Shown: positions 50,396-60,534 of the stretch, piece after piece | Layout: each line of letters starts with the position of its first letter | Position numbering within the stretch: the stretch's first letter is position 1 | Assembly: GCA_965219415.1 (NCBI GenBank) | Contig: CBDCNP010000002.1 | Span: 2,272,001-2,336,000 of the forward strand | Direction of reading: 5' to 3' | Length of the DNA stretch: 64,000 nucleotides | Source: Candidatus Marinacidobacterales bacterium | GTDB taxonomy: Bacteria > Acidobacteriota > Vicinamibacteria > Marinacidobacterales > DATDRI01 | The notes under the pieces: generated by a model | Databases searched by the model: none | What the model saw: only the letters and a program-made list of their open reading frames with translations | What the model was told of the DNA's origin: nothing | Made by a program: the position numbers and the translations under genes

Positions 50396-51830
50396 GAAAG
50401 TGTGCCAATCTTAGTTGGGAATTGAAACGGCTCCAAACCCCGTGGTTTGATGGCGTTGGACAAAACAAAATCAAGCCGCGAAGAAAGGAGCCGAGATGGG
50501 AAGTCTGCTACGTTCGGTCAAGAAACGCAAGAAGTCGCGTCGTTTGGGTGAGGTCGAGATGGTGAGGCACGAGGATTACGGGGAACTCGCGCTGGACGCC
50601 AAGGTAGAGATGATCCGTTGGTTGGTCCCCCTTGGTCTAATGCACGTTCACGAGTTGCTCGACGACGAAGTGAAGGCGTTGGCGGGAGAGCGATACTCTC
50701 GCAAGGACGAGCTGGAGCGCGGTCGCCGTCCCGGAAGCAACCCGGGCACGGTAGGGCTTGGCGGCCAGCGGGTACCGATCCGTGTGCCACGGGTTCGGAG
50801 CATCGAGGGAGGAGAGATTCCGCTTCGCTGCTACGAGGCGGTGAGCCACGGCGGTGAGGTGAATGATCTTCTGCTGAAACGAGTTCTCTACGGAATCTCT
50901 TGTCGCAACTACGAGGCGGCAGCGGAAGCGATTCCGGGCGCCATCGGACTGTCGAGCTCAACGGTGTCCCGAGGGTTCGTGCAAGCGAGCGCTGCGAAGC
51001 TGCGGGAGATGCAGGAACGGGATCTGACCGGCGAGGATGTGGTGGCGCTGTTTCTGGATGGGAAGACATTCGCCGAGACAACGATGGTCGTGGCTCTGGG
51101 CATCACGCTTTGCGGGGAAAAACGCTTCTTGGGCTTCGTGGAGACGGACACGGAGAACGCGCAGGTGTTGACGCCGTTCCTGCGTTCACTGCTCGAGCGG
51201 GGACTCGATATCTCCCAGGGTCTGCTGGTGATCATCGACGGCGGCAAGGGTCTCCAAGCGGCAGTCAAGAAGGCATTCCGTAAGCGGGCCCTGATACAAC
51301 GCTGCCAGTGGCACAAACGTGAAAACGTAGTGAGCTACCTGTCCAAGGGCGAGCAGGCGTCATGGCGCAAGCGGCTCCAGTGGGCCTACAACAGGCCGGA
51401 GTACGAAGAGGCCCTCACTGCGCTCGAGCAACTCCACGGTGAGTTAGAAGAGCGGAACCAATCCGCAGCTGGCAGCCTGGAGGAAGGCCTCGAGGAGACG
51501 CTGACGTTGCATCGACTCGGCGTGCACGCGGTGCTGGGCCGTTCGTTCAAGACGACGAACTGCCTTGAGTCCGTCAATGCTCTCGTCGAGGAACGCTGCG
51601 CGAAGGTCGACCACTGGAAGAACTCGAGCCAACGCCAGCGCTGGTTGGCAACGGCGCTCGTAGACATCGAACCGCGCTTGAGGAAGGTGGTGGGCTACCG
51701 CCATCTTCCCAAGCTTCGCGAAGCTCTCAAGCGGGAACTGAAGATCGAGGCGAAGACATCAACCGTATCGAAGAAGAAGGTCGCTTAAACGTGAGCCGTG
51801 GAGAGTTTCAACTAAGAATGGGCTTGACTC
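50396..51830 (+). mobile_element. IS256-family element, apparently intact
   Basis: 8-bp TSD TTACGTCT at 50388-50395 and 51831-51838; imperfect 22-bp TIRs sharing TCTTAGTTG. Confidence 0.9.
50496..51788 (+). CDS. IS256-family transposase
   Basis: FLDG, IIDGGKGL, QRCQWHK, TTNCLESVN. Confidence 0.92.
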   Translation: MGSLLRSVKKRKKSRRLGEVEMVRHEDYGELALDAKVEMIRWLVPLGLMHVHELLDDEVKALAGERYSRKDELERGRRPGSNPGTVGLGGQRVPIRVPRVRSIEGGEIPLRCYEAVSHGGEVNDLLLKRVLYGISCRNYEAAAEAIPGAIGLSSSTVSRGFVQASAAKLREMQERDLTGEDVVALFLDGKTFAETTMVVALGITLCGEKRFLGFVETDTENAQVLTPFLRSLLERGLDISQGLLVIIDGGKGLQAAVKKAFRKRALIQRCQWHKRENVVSYLSKGEQASWRKRLQWAYNRPEYEEALTALEQLHGELEERNQSAAGSLEEGLEETLTLHRLGVHAVLGRSFKTTNCLESVNALVEERCAKVDHWKNSSQRQRWLATALVDIEPRLRKVVGYRHLPKLREALKRELKIEAKTSTVSKKKVA

Positions 51831-51899
51831 TTACGTCTTCCGGAACCGATGTTCACCCACAGTTTCTGTTGAAGAGGCACGAATTCTGGAGGTGCTTCA

Positions 51900-52668
51900 A
51901 TGAAACACAAAGCAAGAGTACTAAGACTACCGGCAGTCATGATGCTGCTAGCTCTGGCGCTCCCCCTGACACTTGCGCTGGCCGCCCCGACCCCGGACCC
52001 CACCGTCGACGTTGACGGCGTCTGGGGAATCTCCGAGCAAGGAACCGGTGGACAAGGTGCCAGCTGCGACCGCTGGGCTACGGGACCGGGTAGTAGCCCG
52101 AGCGCCATCAGCGACACCGACCCGAGCATTCAGAGCCTACCGACAAAGGACGAAAACCAAATCCGTTATGGGGCTGAAGACACAGAGGCCGCGCCTTGTA
52201 ATCTTTTTGCCAACCAGAGCGGATTCGGTTTTGACGGGGTGCACGGCGCCAGCATGCCCACCGATGGAACCTCGTTCAAACTGGGAACATTCATACACTA
52301 TAACGGCCGCGTTAATGTTGACCACGAGGGCTTCAACCCGCTAGCGAAATGTTGGGCTCACTATTACGCTTTCCGGGAGCGTCGATGCGGTGCTCGAGCA
52401 GACCGTAACCCTCGATGAAACCGTCAATGACGATGTCCCATGCAAGTATCCCGACGCGCCGAACACCCCTCCGTGTGGAGAAAAGGTGACGTTCGCCTCG
52501 CAGCTTCAGACCACAATCATCGCAATCGAGGGCAAGCGATACACTCTGGAAATACTCGGCCTCACCGATTGCGACGTACCGGGGACTCCCAGCGAAATCT
52601 TCTACACCCAGGAGCAGGCTGCCAATAAAGCCTGCCTGTATGCAAGGCTTGTCGAGACGACGCGCTGA
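51900..52668 (+). CDS. Secreted choice-of-anchor K-like protein (frameshift ~52345)
   Basis: Signal peptide; QSGFGFDG, FKLGTFIHYN, LDETVN, YTLEILG, FYTQE...LYARL. Confidence 0.6.
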
Positions 52669-52841
52669 CGAGTCATCGCGAGCTGCAGAAACTGAAACCC
52701 GATGACAATTTCGCCAGGATCGATGTGCTTTCCGCCACCAATGGCTGCCCCCCAATGCGATCGCCTCTGCGGAAAGCCCAAAGCCTAAAGCATCGGTCAC
52801 CTTTTCCGCTTGGAGGCTCTGCCATGTATTAAGGAGGAATA

Positions 52842-54218
52842 GTGATCGACGATCAGGACTTAATGAAGCTGTTTGACATGGTGGACGAAGCGACGGATGA
52901 ATTGGTCGGGCTGCAGCAGGCTCTCGTGAGCATTCAATCGGTCAACACCGGCGCACCGGACGGCGGCAATGAAATTGAAGTCTGCCGCCTCCTGGAGCAG
53001 CGCTTCGATGCCGAAGGCATTGCCAACCTTACCCTGGAATCGGAGCCGGGAAGGGGTAACTTCATTGCCGATATGGGAAACCAGGCCGCGCCCAGCCTGA
53101 TGTTTATGTCCCACACCGATGTTGTTCCGGTCGAAGATGATAGCAAGTGGGATTTTCCGCCGTTCAGCGGCGAGATCGTCGACGGCACGGTGTGGGGTCG
53201 CGGCAGCGACGACGCCAAATCTCTGACCTGCTCCGGGTCTATGGCCATGATTCTGCTCAAACGGGCGAGAGTCTCTTTGAAGGGAAATCTCCGTTTGCTC
53301 GCTGCCGCCGACGAAGAATCCGGCGGGCTTTACGGGATTCAATGGCTGGCTGCCAACCATCCGGATAGGATCCGCACGGACTGGGCCGTGAACGAGGGCG
53401 GCGGCATGCCGTTCAAGACCGTGGATGGACAGCAGGCCTACCTGTTTGCCGTGGGAGAGAAAGGCCGCATCGAGGCGCGCTTTGCCATTGCCGGCCGCAG
53501 CGCCCACGGGGCGCTTCCCTGGTACGCAGACAATGCCTTGTACAAACTGGCCGAATTGCTCGGGCGTTTGCAGCAGTATCAGAACGAGGCGGAAATCGAC
53601 CTGAGTTTGCCGATTTTCTCGCACCTGCACCTGCCCGGCGTTGCGGGCGAGGTGACGACGGATAATGTCGACCGCCTGTTGGATGAGCTGGAAAATACTA
53701 ACGAGGGACTGGCACGCGAACTAAGGGGGATGTCGCGGATTTCGATCGCCCCGACCGTTACCGCAGCCGGTGCCAAGTCCAACAGCATTCCTGCCGGTGC
53801 CACCCTGATCTGTGATGTGCGCACGCTGCCGCATCAGGATGAGGCTTATGTGCGCCGGGAGTTGGATAAGCTGATTGACGGTCTGAACGGCGTCAGCTAC
53901 GACCTCGCCATATGGGCGGTCTCCAATTCCTCGCCGGCCGACGACCCCTTCGTTGATCTGATGAAGCGCTCCACCGAGAAGGTGCTGGGCCGGGATATCA
54001 TCATGATCCCGGAACTGACCGTTGGGTTTACGGATTCCCGCTGCGTTCGCCCCCTGGGCACCCATACTTATGGTTTCGCTCCGTTGACGCCGGATTCCGA
54101 CACCACCCGCCCCGGCGTCCACGGCATCAACGAAGCTATGGAGATATCGAACCTGGTGTTTCTCACGAAAACGCAGATTACCTTAGCCTGCCTGGCCTTG
54201 CAGGGCAGCATGCCATGA
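52842..54218 (+). CDS. M20-family metallopeptidase/deacylase
   Basis: SHTDVVP, GRGSDDAK, ADEESGG, NEGG, GFTDSR, HGINE; AAGGAGG RBS. Confidence 0.9.
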   Translation: MIDDQDLMKLFDMVDEATDELVGLQQALVSIQSVNTGAPDGGNEIEVCRLLEQRFDAEGIANLTLESEPGRGNFIADMGNQAAPSLMFMSHTDVVPVEDDSKWDFPPFSGEIVDGTVWGRGSDDAKSLTCSGSMAMILLKRARVSLKGNLRLLAAADEESGGLYGIQWLAANHPDRIRTDWAVNEGGGMPFKTVDGQQAYLFAVGEKGRIEARFAIAGRSAHGALPWYADNALYKLAELLGRLQQYQNEAEIDLSLPIFSHLHLPGVAGEVTTDNVDRLLDELENTNEGLARELRGMSRISIAPTVTAAGAKSNSIPAGATLICDVRTLPHQDEAYVRRELDKLIDGLNGVSYDLAIWAVSNSSPADDPFVDLMKRSTEKVLGRDIIMIPELTVGFTDSRCVRPLGTHTYGFAPLTPDSDTTRPGVHGINEAMEISNLVFLTKTQITLACLALQGSMP

Positions 54219-54245
54219 TTGCGAAACGTCAGGCGGGCGATCCAG

Positions 54246-55781
54246 TCAGCCGAGAATGCGTCTCACCGCCAGCCCTCCCGGCGCACAAGTCAGCCCCCCT
54301 CCCGGGTGGGCTCCGCTGCCGCACAGGAAGAGCCCTTCGAACGGTGTCGCATAACGCGCGCACTCGGGGGTCGGCCGCACCAGAAGTTGATCCAGGGCAT
54401 GCTCGCCGTGGTGAAGGTGGCCGCCCGTGACGCCGTAGCGCCGCTCGAGATCCTGTGGAGTGAGGACTTGGTGGCCGACGATCAGCTCAGAGATGCCGGG
54501 AGCGTACTCTTCGAGCCGGGCGAGAACTCGGGAGTAGAGGTTGGAGCGTGCCTCGTCGTTCCAGCCGCCCTCGAGCTCGAAGGGGACGAAGTGGACCAGG
54601 ATCGAGAAGACGTGGTGGCCCTCCGGCGCCAGATCGGTCGACTCGACCGTCGGAACCTGGATGTCGAGGATCGGGAGGTCAGAGAACTTTCGGTACTTGA
54701 TGGGATCGAAGGCCCGTTCGAGCTCCTCGAGCGTCTCTCCGACGCGAATCGACGACACTCTGGCGTTGGGCCGGCAGGCGAAGTTCGGATAGCCGGAGAG
54801 CGCGAGATGGACCTTGGCCGCTGTGCCACGGGATCGGAAGACCGAGATCGAGTGCTCGAGGCCGCGCGAGATCAGCGCCGGCGGCAGGAGCTCCACGAAC
54901 AGGTGCTTCGGATCGCATGAGGCGACGACCGTCTTGGCCTGGGTTCCCTCGCCCCCGGCGAGCTGGACGCCGGAGATCCGGCCTGCCTCTCCGAGGAGGC
55001 CTGCGACCCTGGCATCGGTACGAATCTCGACGCCGCAGGCCCTGGCGGCCCGCTCCAGGGCCGTGATCAGTGTCGCCGGACCGCCCTTGATCGGGCTTCC
55101 GGCCAGGCATTCGGCCCGCAGGAGGTTGGCTGTCGAGCCAGGAGAGCGGGGCCCGGTGACGGTGTTCTGGATGGCCGGCCCGGCCAGCGCTGTCTGGAGC
55201 AGCTGCGAATCGAACCGCTCGTCGAGCCAGTCGGCGAGGGCCATCGGTGCGACGCGGAGGATCTCCATCATCTCCCGCTTGCCGAGGAGTCGCAGCGCCA
55301 GCGCGGAGCGTCCCAGGCTGAGGATGTCGCCGGCTCCGGGCTCGAAGATGTCTGGCGGCGGGTTGTCTGCCAGACGCGTGACGACTGGGGCGAGACGATC
55401 CATGAATCGTCGATAGTGACGGTAGTTGTCGGCTTCTCCAGGCGAGACTGCCGCCAGCTCGTCGGCTGCCTTGTCCGGGTCGCGCCAGAGCAGAAGCCCG
55501 GCACCATCCTGCTGTGGAATCAGTGTCGGCGGCGCCTGGTCGTGGCGCGACAGTCCGTACCTACCGAGATCGAGAGCGTCGACCACCCACCGGCGCACGC
55601 CCTCGGTGTCGTGAAGCACGCCGTTGGTGCGATACCCGGGATGGAACTCCTCGCTGGCCGCGAGCCCCCCGAGCACGGCCCGCCGCTCCACCAGCAGAGT
55701 CGAGCGGCCGCCCTTGGCCAGCAGCGCCGCAGCGGTCAGCCCGTTGTGCCCGGCTCCGATGACGATTGCGTCGTAGCTCAT
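54246..55781 (-). CDS. Phytoene-desaturase-like FAD oxidoreductase B
   Basis: GAGHNGL, LGGLA, LTPQDLE, LCGSGAHPGGG. Confidence 0.88.
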   Translation of the reverse strand: MSYDAIVIGAGHNGLTAAALLAKGGRSTLLVERRAVLGGLAASEEFHPGYRTNGVLHDTEGVRRWVVDALDLGRYGLSRHDQAPPTLIPQQDGAGLLLWRDPDKAADELAAVSPGEADNYRHYRRFMDRLAPVVTRLADNPPPDIFEPGAGDILSLGRSALALRLLGKREMMEILRVAPMALADWLDERFDSQLLQTALAGPAIQNTVTGPRSPGSTANLLRAECLAGSPIKGGPATLITALERAARACGVEIRTDARVAGLLGEAGRISGVQLAGGEGTQAKTVVASCDPKHLFVELLPPALISRGLEHSISVFRSRGTAAKVHLALSGYPNFACRPNARVSSIRVGETLEELERAFDPIKYRKFSDLPILDIQVPTVESTDLAPEGHHVFSILVHFVPFELEGGWNDEARSNLYSRVLARLEEYAPGISELIVGHQVLTPQDLERRYGVTGGHLHHGEHALDQLLVRPTPECARYATPFEGLFLCGSGAHPGGGLTCAPGGLAVRRILG

Positions 55782-57367
55782 AGCTCACCCGATCCGAGAA
55801 GGGTCTTGGCGGCCAACTGCCCCGAGGCGCCCATGACGCCGCCGCCAGGATGCGTGCCGGAGCCGCACATCCAGAAATTCTTGATAGGAGTCTTGTAGTG
55901 CGACCAGCCGGCGGCCGGACGCTGAAAGAGAAGCTGCTCGGGGGTCAGCTCGCCCTGGAAGATGTTGCCTTCGGTCAGGCCATACTCCTGCTCGAGATCC
56001 CAGGGCGTCAGCACGTGCCGGTAGAGGATCGAGTCCTTGAGCCCCGGGCAGTACTCGGCGAAGGTGTCTACGACCGCGTCGCCGAAGGCCTCGCGCCTGG
56101 AAGGCCAATTCTCGGCGCCCTCGCGGATGTGGTACGGCGCGTACTGCACGAACATCGAGATGATGTGCTTGCCCGGCGGGGCGACGCTGGGATCCAGAAG
56201 CGACGGGATCACGACGTTGATGTAAGGCCGCTTCGAGAAGTCGCCGTACTTGGCCTCGTCGTACGCCTTCTCGAGGTAGTCGATTCCCGGTGCGATGGCG
56301 ATGTCGCCGCGTAGATGCGCCGTCCCCTGGCGACCGAAGAACTCCGGCAGCCGGTCCACCGCGAGGTTGACCTTGCCAGACGAGCCGCGCAGCTTGTAGC
56401 GCCGGATCTGGCTCGCGAACTCGTCGTCGAGGTGTTGCTCCCCGATGAGACCCATGAATGTCTTGCGCGGGTCACAGCTGGAGATCACGGTGGTCGCGGG
56501 CAGCGTATCGCCGTTCTCGAGCACCACACCGGTCGCCTTGCCACCTTTGAGCATGACCTCTTGGACGCCGGCCTCGGTTCGGATCTCCGTGCCGAAACTC
56601 TCCGCCGCGCGAGCGCAGGCCATGCTCACGCCGCCGGTGCCGCCCTTCGAAAGGCCCCAGGAGCGGAAGGCGCCGTCGATCTCGCCCATGTAGTGGTGAA
56701 GCAGGACGTAGGCCGTGCCGGGCGAGCGCACGCCGAGGTAGGTGCCGATGATGCCGCTGACCGCCATCGGCGCCTTGAGCACATCGGACTCGAACCACAT
56801 GTCGAGGAAGTCGACTGCGCTCATGGTCATCAGCTTGAGGTTCATATTCATGGCGTCGACGCCGCTGACACGCAGATCGTTCCCGAGCTTCACCAGCCGC
56901 ATCAGCTCCCGTGGATTCCACGACGTCGGGTCGGGCGCCGGTGAGTCGATGATGTTCCGGGCAAACTGCGCCATCTTCGTCATCGTCAGGCTGAACTCGG
57001 GGTAGATCTCGGCGTCTTTGGCGCTGAAGCGCGAGATCTCCTTGCGGCTGCGAGCGTAGTCGGGCCACCGGCACAGCCCGGGATCACCCACTCGAGGCGT
57101 GAACGAGGTCTCGAGCGGGATGATCTCCATGCCGTGCCTGGCAAGCTCGAGGTCGCGGATGATCTGTGGGCGAAAGAGGCTGATGACGTAGGAGCAGCTC
57201 GAGAAAGTGAAGCCCGGGTAGAGCTCTTCGCTCACGGCTGCGCCGCCCAACACGTGGCGCTTCTCGAGCACGAGGACTTTGCGTCCGGCCTTGGCCAGGT
57301 AGGCGGCACAGATCAGGCCGTTGTGACCTCCGCCTATGATGATCGCGTCGTATCTCAGGCTTGCCAT
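55778..57367 (-). CDS. Phytoene-desaturase-like (PYROXD2-like) FAD oxidoreductase A
   Basis: GGGHNGL, SYVISL, AYVLLHH, TPWDLE..GNIFQGEL, GTHPGGGV. Confidence 0.9.
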   Translation of the reverse strand: MASLRYDAIIIGGGHNGLICAAYLAKAGRKVLVLEKRHVLGGAAVSEELYPGFTFSSCSYVISLFRPQIIRDLELARHGMEIIPLETSFTPRVGDPGLCRWPDYARSRKEISRFSAKDAEIYPEFSLTMTKMAQFARNIIDSPAPDPTSWNPRELMRLVKLGNDLRVSGVDAMNMNLKLMTMSAVDFLDMWFESDVLKAPMAVSGIIGTYLGVRSPGTAYVLLHHYMGEIDGAFRSWGLSKGGTGGVSMACARAAESFGTEIRTEAGVQEVMLKGGKATGVVLENGDTLPATTVISSCDPRKTFMGLIGEQHLDDEFASQIRRYKLRGSSGKVNLAVDRLPEFFGRQGTAHLRGDIAIAPGIDYLEKAYDEAKYGDFSKRPYINVVIPSLLDPSVAPPGKHIISMFVQYAPYHIREGAENWPSRREAFGDAVVDTFAEYCPGLKDSILYRHVLTPWDLEQEYGLTEGNIFQGELTPEQLLFQRPAAGWSHYKTPIKNFWMCGSGTHPGGGVMGASGQLAAKTLLGSGEL

Positions 57368-58563
57368 CACGCCCTCTTTCTCTCGGGATTGAAGAACGGC
57401 GGCTTGACGACGCTGGCGCTGATCGTGTGGCGCCGGTACTCGGCGGTCATCTCGAAGCCCACTTCGGTTCCCTCCCCGGCCCAGGCTGTGGGTAAGAGCG
57501 CGAGAGCTAGGTTCTTCTTCAGGGTCGGCGACCAGGTGCCGCTCGTGGCCTGGCCGATCCAGCGGTTCTCCCGGTCGTAGACGGGTCGGCCATCGCGCCA
57601 GGCGTGTGACGGGAGCTCCGGCGGAAGGCGGTAGCGGGCGAAGACCTGCTCCATCTCGGTCCAGGAGATGTCGAGGCCGACCAAAGCTCGGGTCGAGCCC
57701 TGATCCCTCTCCCGTCGCAGCGCTGCCTGGCCGATGAAGGGGTCGCGCTCGAGCTGCACGGTCCACCCGAGGCCGAGCTCGTAGGGCGACGACTTACGCG
57801 CCTCGGTCAGGCAGTGATGGGCGCTGAAGTAGTCGACTCCGTTCATGATGAAGCCGGCTTCGATGCGCGAGACGTCGAGCGCGTCGAGCCCGGCCGGGAT
57901 CATCCCCCAGCGCCCACCGACTTCGGAGATGGCGTCGTAGACCTTCAGAGCAGATTCGCGTTCAATCCAGACTTCGTAACCGAGATCGCCGGTGTAGCCG
58001 GTGCGTGAGATCCAGACGTCAACGCCGTCCAGCTGGCCTTTCCTGACCTGGAAGAACCGAAGCTCGTCCATGTCCACGTCACTGACCTCTGCGAGGATGC
58101 GCCGTGACTCGGGACCCTGCAGAGCCAGCGTTCCGAGACGAGCGCTGGAGTCCTCGATCGTCACCCGGTAGCTGCGGCTCATCCGTTCGAGCCAGGAGAG
58201 CGATGGCTCAGCCGCGGTCAGGCGGAAGTAGTCGTCGTCGAGCCGCGAGACCGTGCCGTCATCGACCACCTTGCCGGCGTCGTCGCACCAGCACAGGTAA
58301 GTCACGCGTCCGATCTTGAGCCTGGCGACGTTCTTGACCGTCAGGCGCGAGAGGAAGAGGGCAGCATCGGGACCGTAGATCTCGTACTTGAGCAGCGGGC
58401 TGACGTCGAGCAACCCGGCCGAGTGGCGGATAGCGAAGTATTCGCCCTCGTGCGACACGTCGTACGAGCAGACGGCGTAGTAGCCACCCCATTCCTTCCA
58501 GTTGTTGCTGATACAAAGCTGCGAAGTCCGGGGGTGGAAGACGCTGGGCTCAGCCATGGCCAA
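57367..58563 (-). CDS. GcvT-family aminomethyltransferase
   Basis: LLDVSPL.KY, ALQGP, SRTGYTGDLGYE, RIEAG, WSPTLKK. Confidence 0.9.
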   Translation of the reverse strand: MAMAEPSVFHPRTSQLCISNNWKEWGGYYAVCSYDVSHEGEYFAIRHSAGLLDVSPLLKYEIYGPDAALFLSRLTVKNVARLKIGRVTYLCWCDDAGKVVDDGTVSRLDDDYFRLTAAEPSLSWLERMSRSYRVTIEDSSARLGTLALQGPESRRILAEVSDVDMDELRFFQVRKGQLDGVDVWISRTGYTGDLGYEVWIERESALKVYDAISEVGGRWGMIPAGLDALDVSRIEAGFIMNGVDYFSAHHCLTEARKSSPYELGLGWTVQLERDPFIGQAALRRERDQGSTRALVGLDISWTEMEQVFARYRLPPELPSHAWRDGRPVYDRENRWIGQATSGTWSPTLKKNLALALLPTAWAGEGTEVGFEMTAEYRRHTISASVVKPPFFNPERKRA

Positions 58564-58772
58564 CTCCTTGCCCGGCGTTCGTGTTACGGGCCTGAGAGTT
58601 CCTGCTCGTGATCCCGTATCTCGACCCGATCACTCCTCTCAGGATCAACGAGGGCACCTCGGACGAGCTGCTCGACGCCCTCGAGCGTGGCCCATAGCTC
58701 GAATAGCGTATACGACGACCGAGGCGCTGATAAGCGCGGCGATGCTGACGGCTTCTTCGGGAAAGCAAGAGC

Positions 58773-59531
58773 TCAACGGCCAGCCGTATCGCCACCATCA
58801 ATCGGCAAGGCGACACCAGTTACGAAACGTGCCTCGAATGAAGCCAGATAGAGGACCCCGTGGCCGATCTCGGCCGGCGTGGCAATGCGCTTCATCGGCG
58901 CATAGTCGATCATCCTCTGCTCTGCGGCGGCTGGGTCGTCTTTCTTGTCGATACTGTCGCGGCGGATCATGTCGGTATCGACATAACCCGGGCATACGCA
59001 ATTGACCCGTACGTCCGGCGCTACTTCCAACGCCATGGCCCGGGTCATGTTGACGACCCCACCCTTTGACGCGCAGTAGACGGTGATTCCCGGTGTCCCC
59101 ATCAAGCCAGCATCCGAAGCGATGTTGACGATATTGCCTTTGGACTTGCGCAATGCAGGTAACGCCGCGCGGCAACAGAAGAATGTGCCCTTCAGATTGA
59201 CGTCGACGTGAGCGTCCCACATCGCCTCGTCGGAATCCTCAATGGGTCTGCCAGCACCGATACCGGCGCTGTTCACCAGAATGTCGAGGCCACCGAAGGC
59301 GTCGTTCGCAGTCTTTACCACTGACTCGCAGCCGGGAACGGTTCCAATATCGCCGGGCGCTGCGACCACGCGCTCACCACCGCCCAGTCTCTCGATGGCG
59401 GCGCTCACGGATTGCTCTGTTCTGCCGTTGATGGCGACACGCGCGCCAGCGCCGACAAAGGCTTCTGCAATGGCAAAACCGATACCCCGACTGCTGCCCG
59501 TCACCAAGACCCGCTTGTCCGTGAAGTCCAT
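58773..59531 (-). CDS. SDR oxidoreductase
   Basis: TGSSRGIG, VNSAG, YCASK, VCPG, IDGG. Confidence 0.92.
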   Translation of the reverse strand: MDFTDKRVLVTGSSRGIGFAIAEAFVGAGARVAINGRTEQSVSAAIERLGGGERVVAAPGDIGTVPGCESVVKTANDAFGGLDILVNSAGIGAGRPIEDSDEAMWDAHVDVNLKGTFFCCRAALPALRKSKGNIVNIASDAGLMGTPGITVYCASKGGVVNMTRAMALEVAPDVRVNCVCPGYVDTDMIRRDSIDKKDDPAAAEQRMIDYAPMKRIATPAEIGHGVLYLASFEARFVTGVALPIDGGDTAGR

Positions 59532-59547
59532 GTCGCTCCCCCCGATT

Positions 59548-60534
59548 CTACTGAATGATTCGCTTGAACACTTCCAGGTTGATATTTCGGCCACAGACGA
59601 CCGCGACTACCTTCTTGCCTTTGAATCGCTCTTTGTGCTTGAGCAGTCCCCCCACGCCGAGAGCTCCAGAACCTTCGACAACAAGACGATGTTGCTCAAA
59701 CAGAAGGCGGATGGATTCTTCTATCTCCCTTTCGGTAAGCAGCAGGATCTCCTCCACATATCGGTGACACAGCGGCAGAGTGATGCTGTCTAGATCAACG
59801 CCGCCAGCGCAGGTGTCTGCCAGCGTCGGGGAGGTTTCCATCTCGACCATCTCATTGGCTAGCACGGATTCATACATCACGGGGGAGTTCTCCGGCGAGA
59901 CGCCGAAGACTTTAACCTCGGGGTTGTGGGATTTCAGCCAACCCGCCGACCCCGTAAGCAATCCCCCCGCCCCGCAAGCAAAGAGGGCTGCGTTCAGATC
60001 GGAAAGTTGCCTGGAGATCTCGTACCCACAAGTCCCCTGCCCGCCGACCACGATCGGATCGTTGTATGGCGACACATAGATCTTGTCTTGTTCTTCCGCA
60101 ACACGCCGGGCCTCCTTCTCGGCATCAAAGGAGTGTTTGCCATGAATGACCAGATCCAAGCCATGGGACCTCAACAGTGCCAGACGTGACGGCTCAAGAT
60201 CCTCGGCTATGTAGATGGTGGCGCGGTGCTTTCGAATCTTCATGGCCTCGGCAACCGCAAGGGCGTAATTCCCTGTAGAGGCCGAGATCACCCCTTTGTC
60301 CAGCTCTGCTTCCGTGAGCGATAGGATCTTGTTGATCGCACCGCGAAACTTGAACGAAGAGGTTGTCTGCATCGAGTCCAACTTGAGCCACACTTCGCCC
60401 TCTATCTTGTCGCTGAGATACATGGAGTACTCGAGAGGTGTGGGTGAAAGGTGATCCTGGCATCTTTCGATGGCCTCCAGGACCAACTGGGGTATGTCCA
60501 GCGGTTGAGTGTCAGTTGTCATGATGATTGCCAC
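59548..60534 (-). CDS. PLP-dependent threonine/serine dehydratase-family enzyme
   Basis: SFKFRGA, SASTGNY, GQGT, GAGGL, VCGRN. Confidence 0.88.
   Translation of the reverse strand: MAIIMTTDTQPLDIPQLVLEAIERCQDHLSPTPLEYSMYLSDKIEGEVWLKLDSMQTTSSFKFRGAINKILSLTEAELDKGVISASTGNYALAVAEAMKIRKHRATIYIAEDLEPSRLALLRSHGLDLVIHGKHSFDAEKEARRVAEEQDKIYVSPYNDPIVVGGQGTCGYEISRQLSDLNAALFACGAGGLLTGSAGWLKSHNPEVKVFGVSPENSPVMYESVLANEMVEMETSPTLADTCAGGVDLDSITLPLCHRYVEEILLLTEREIEESIRLLFEQHRLVVEGSGALGVGGLLKHKERFKGKKVVAVVCGRNINLEVFKRIIQ

Noticed and set aside
54246-57367. Carotenoid biosynthesis (crtI)
   Set aside because: No crtB/E/Y; motifs and GcvT linkage fit the PYROXD2-like group.
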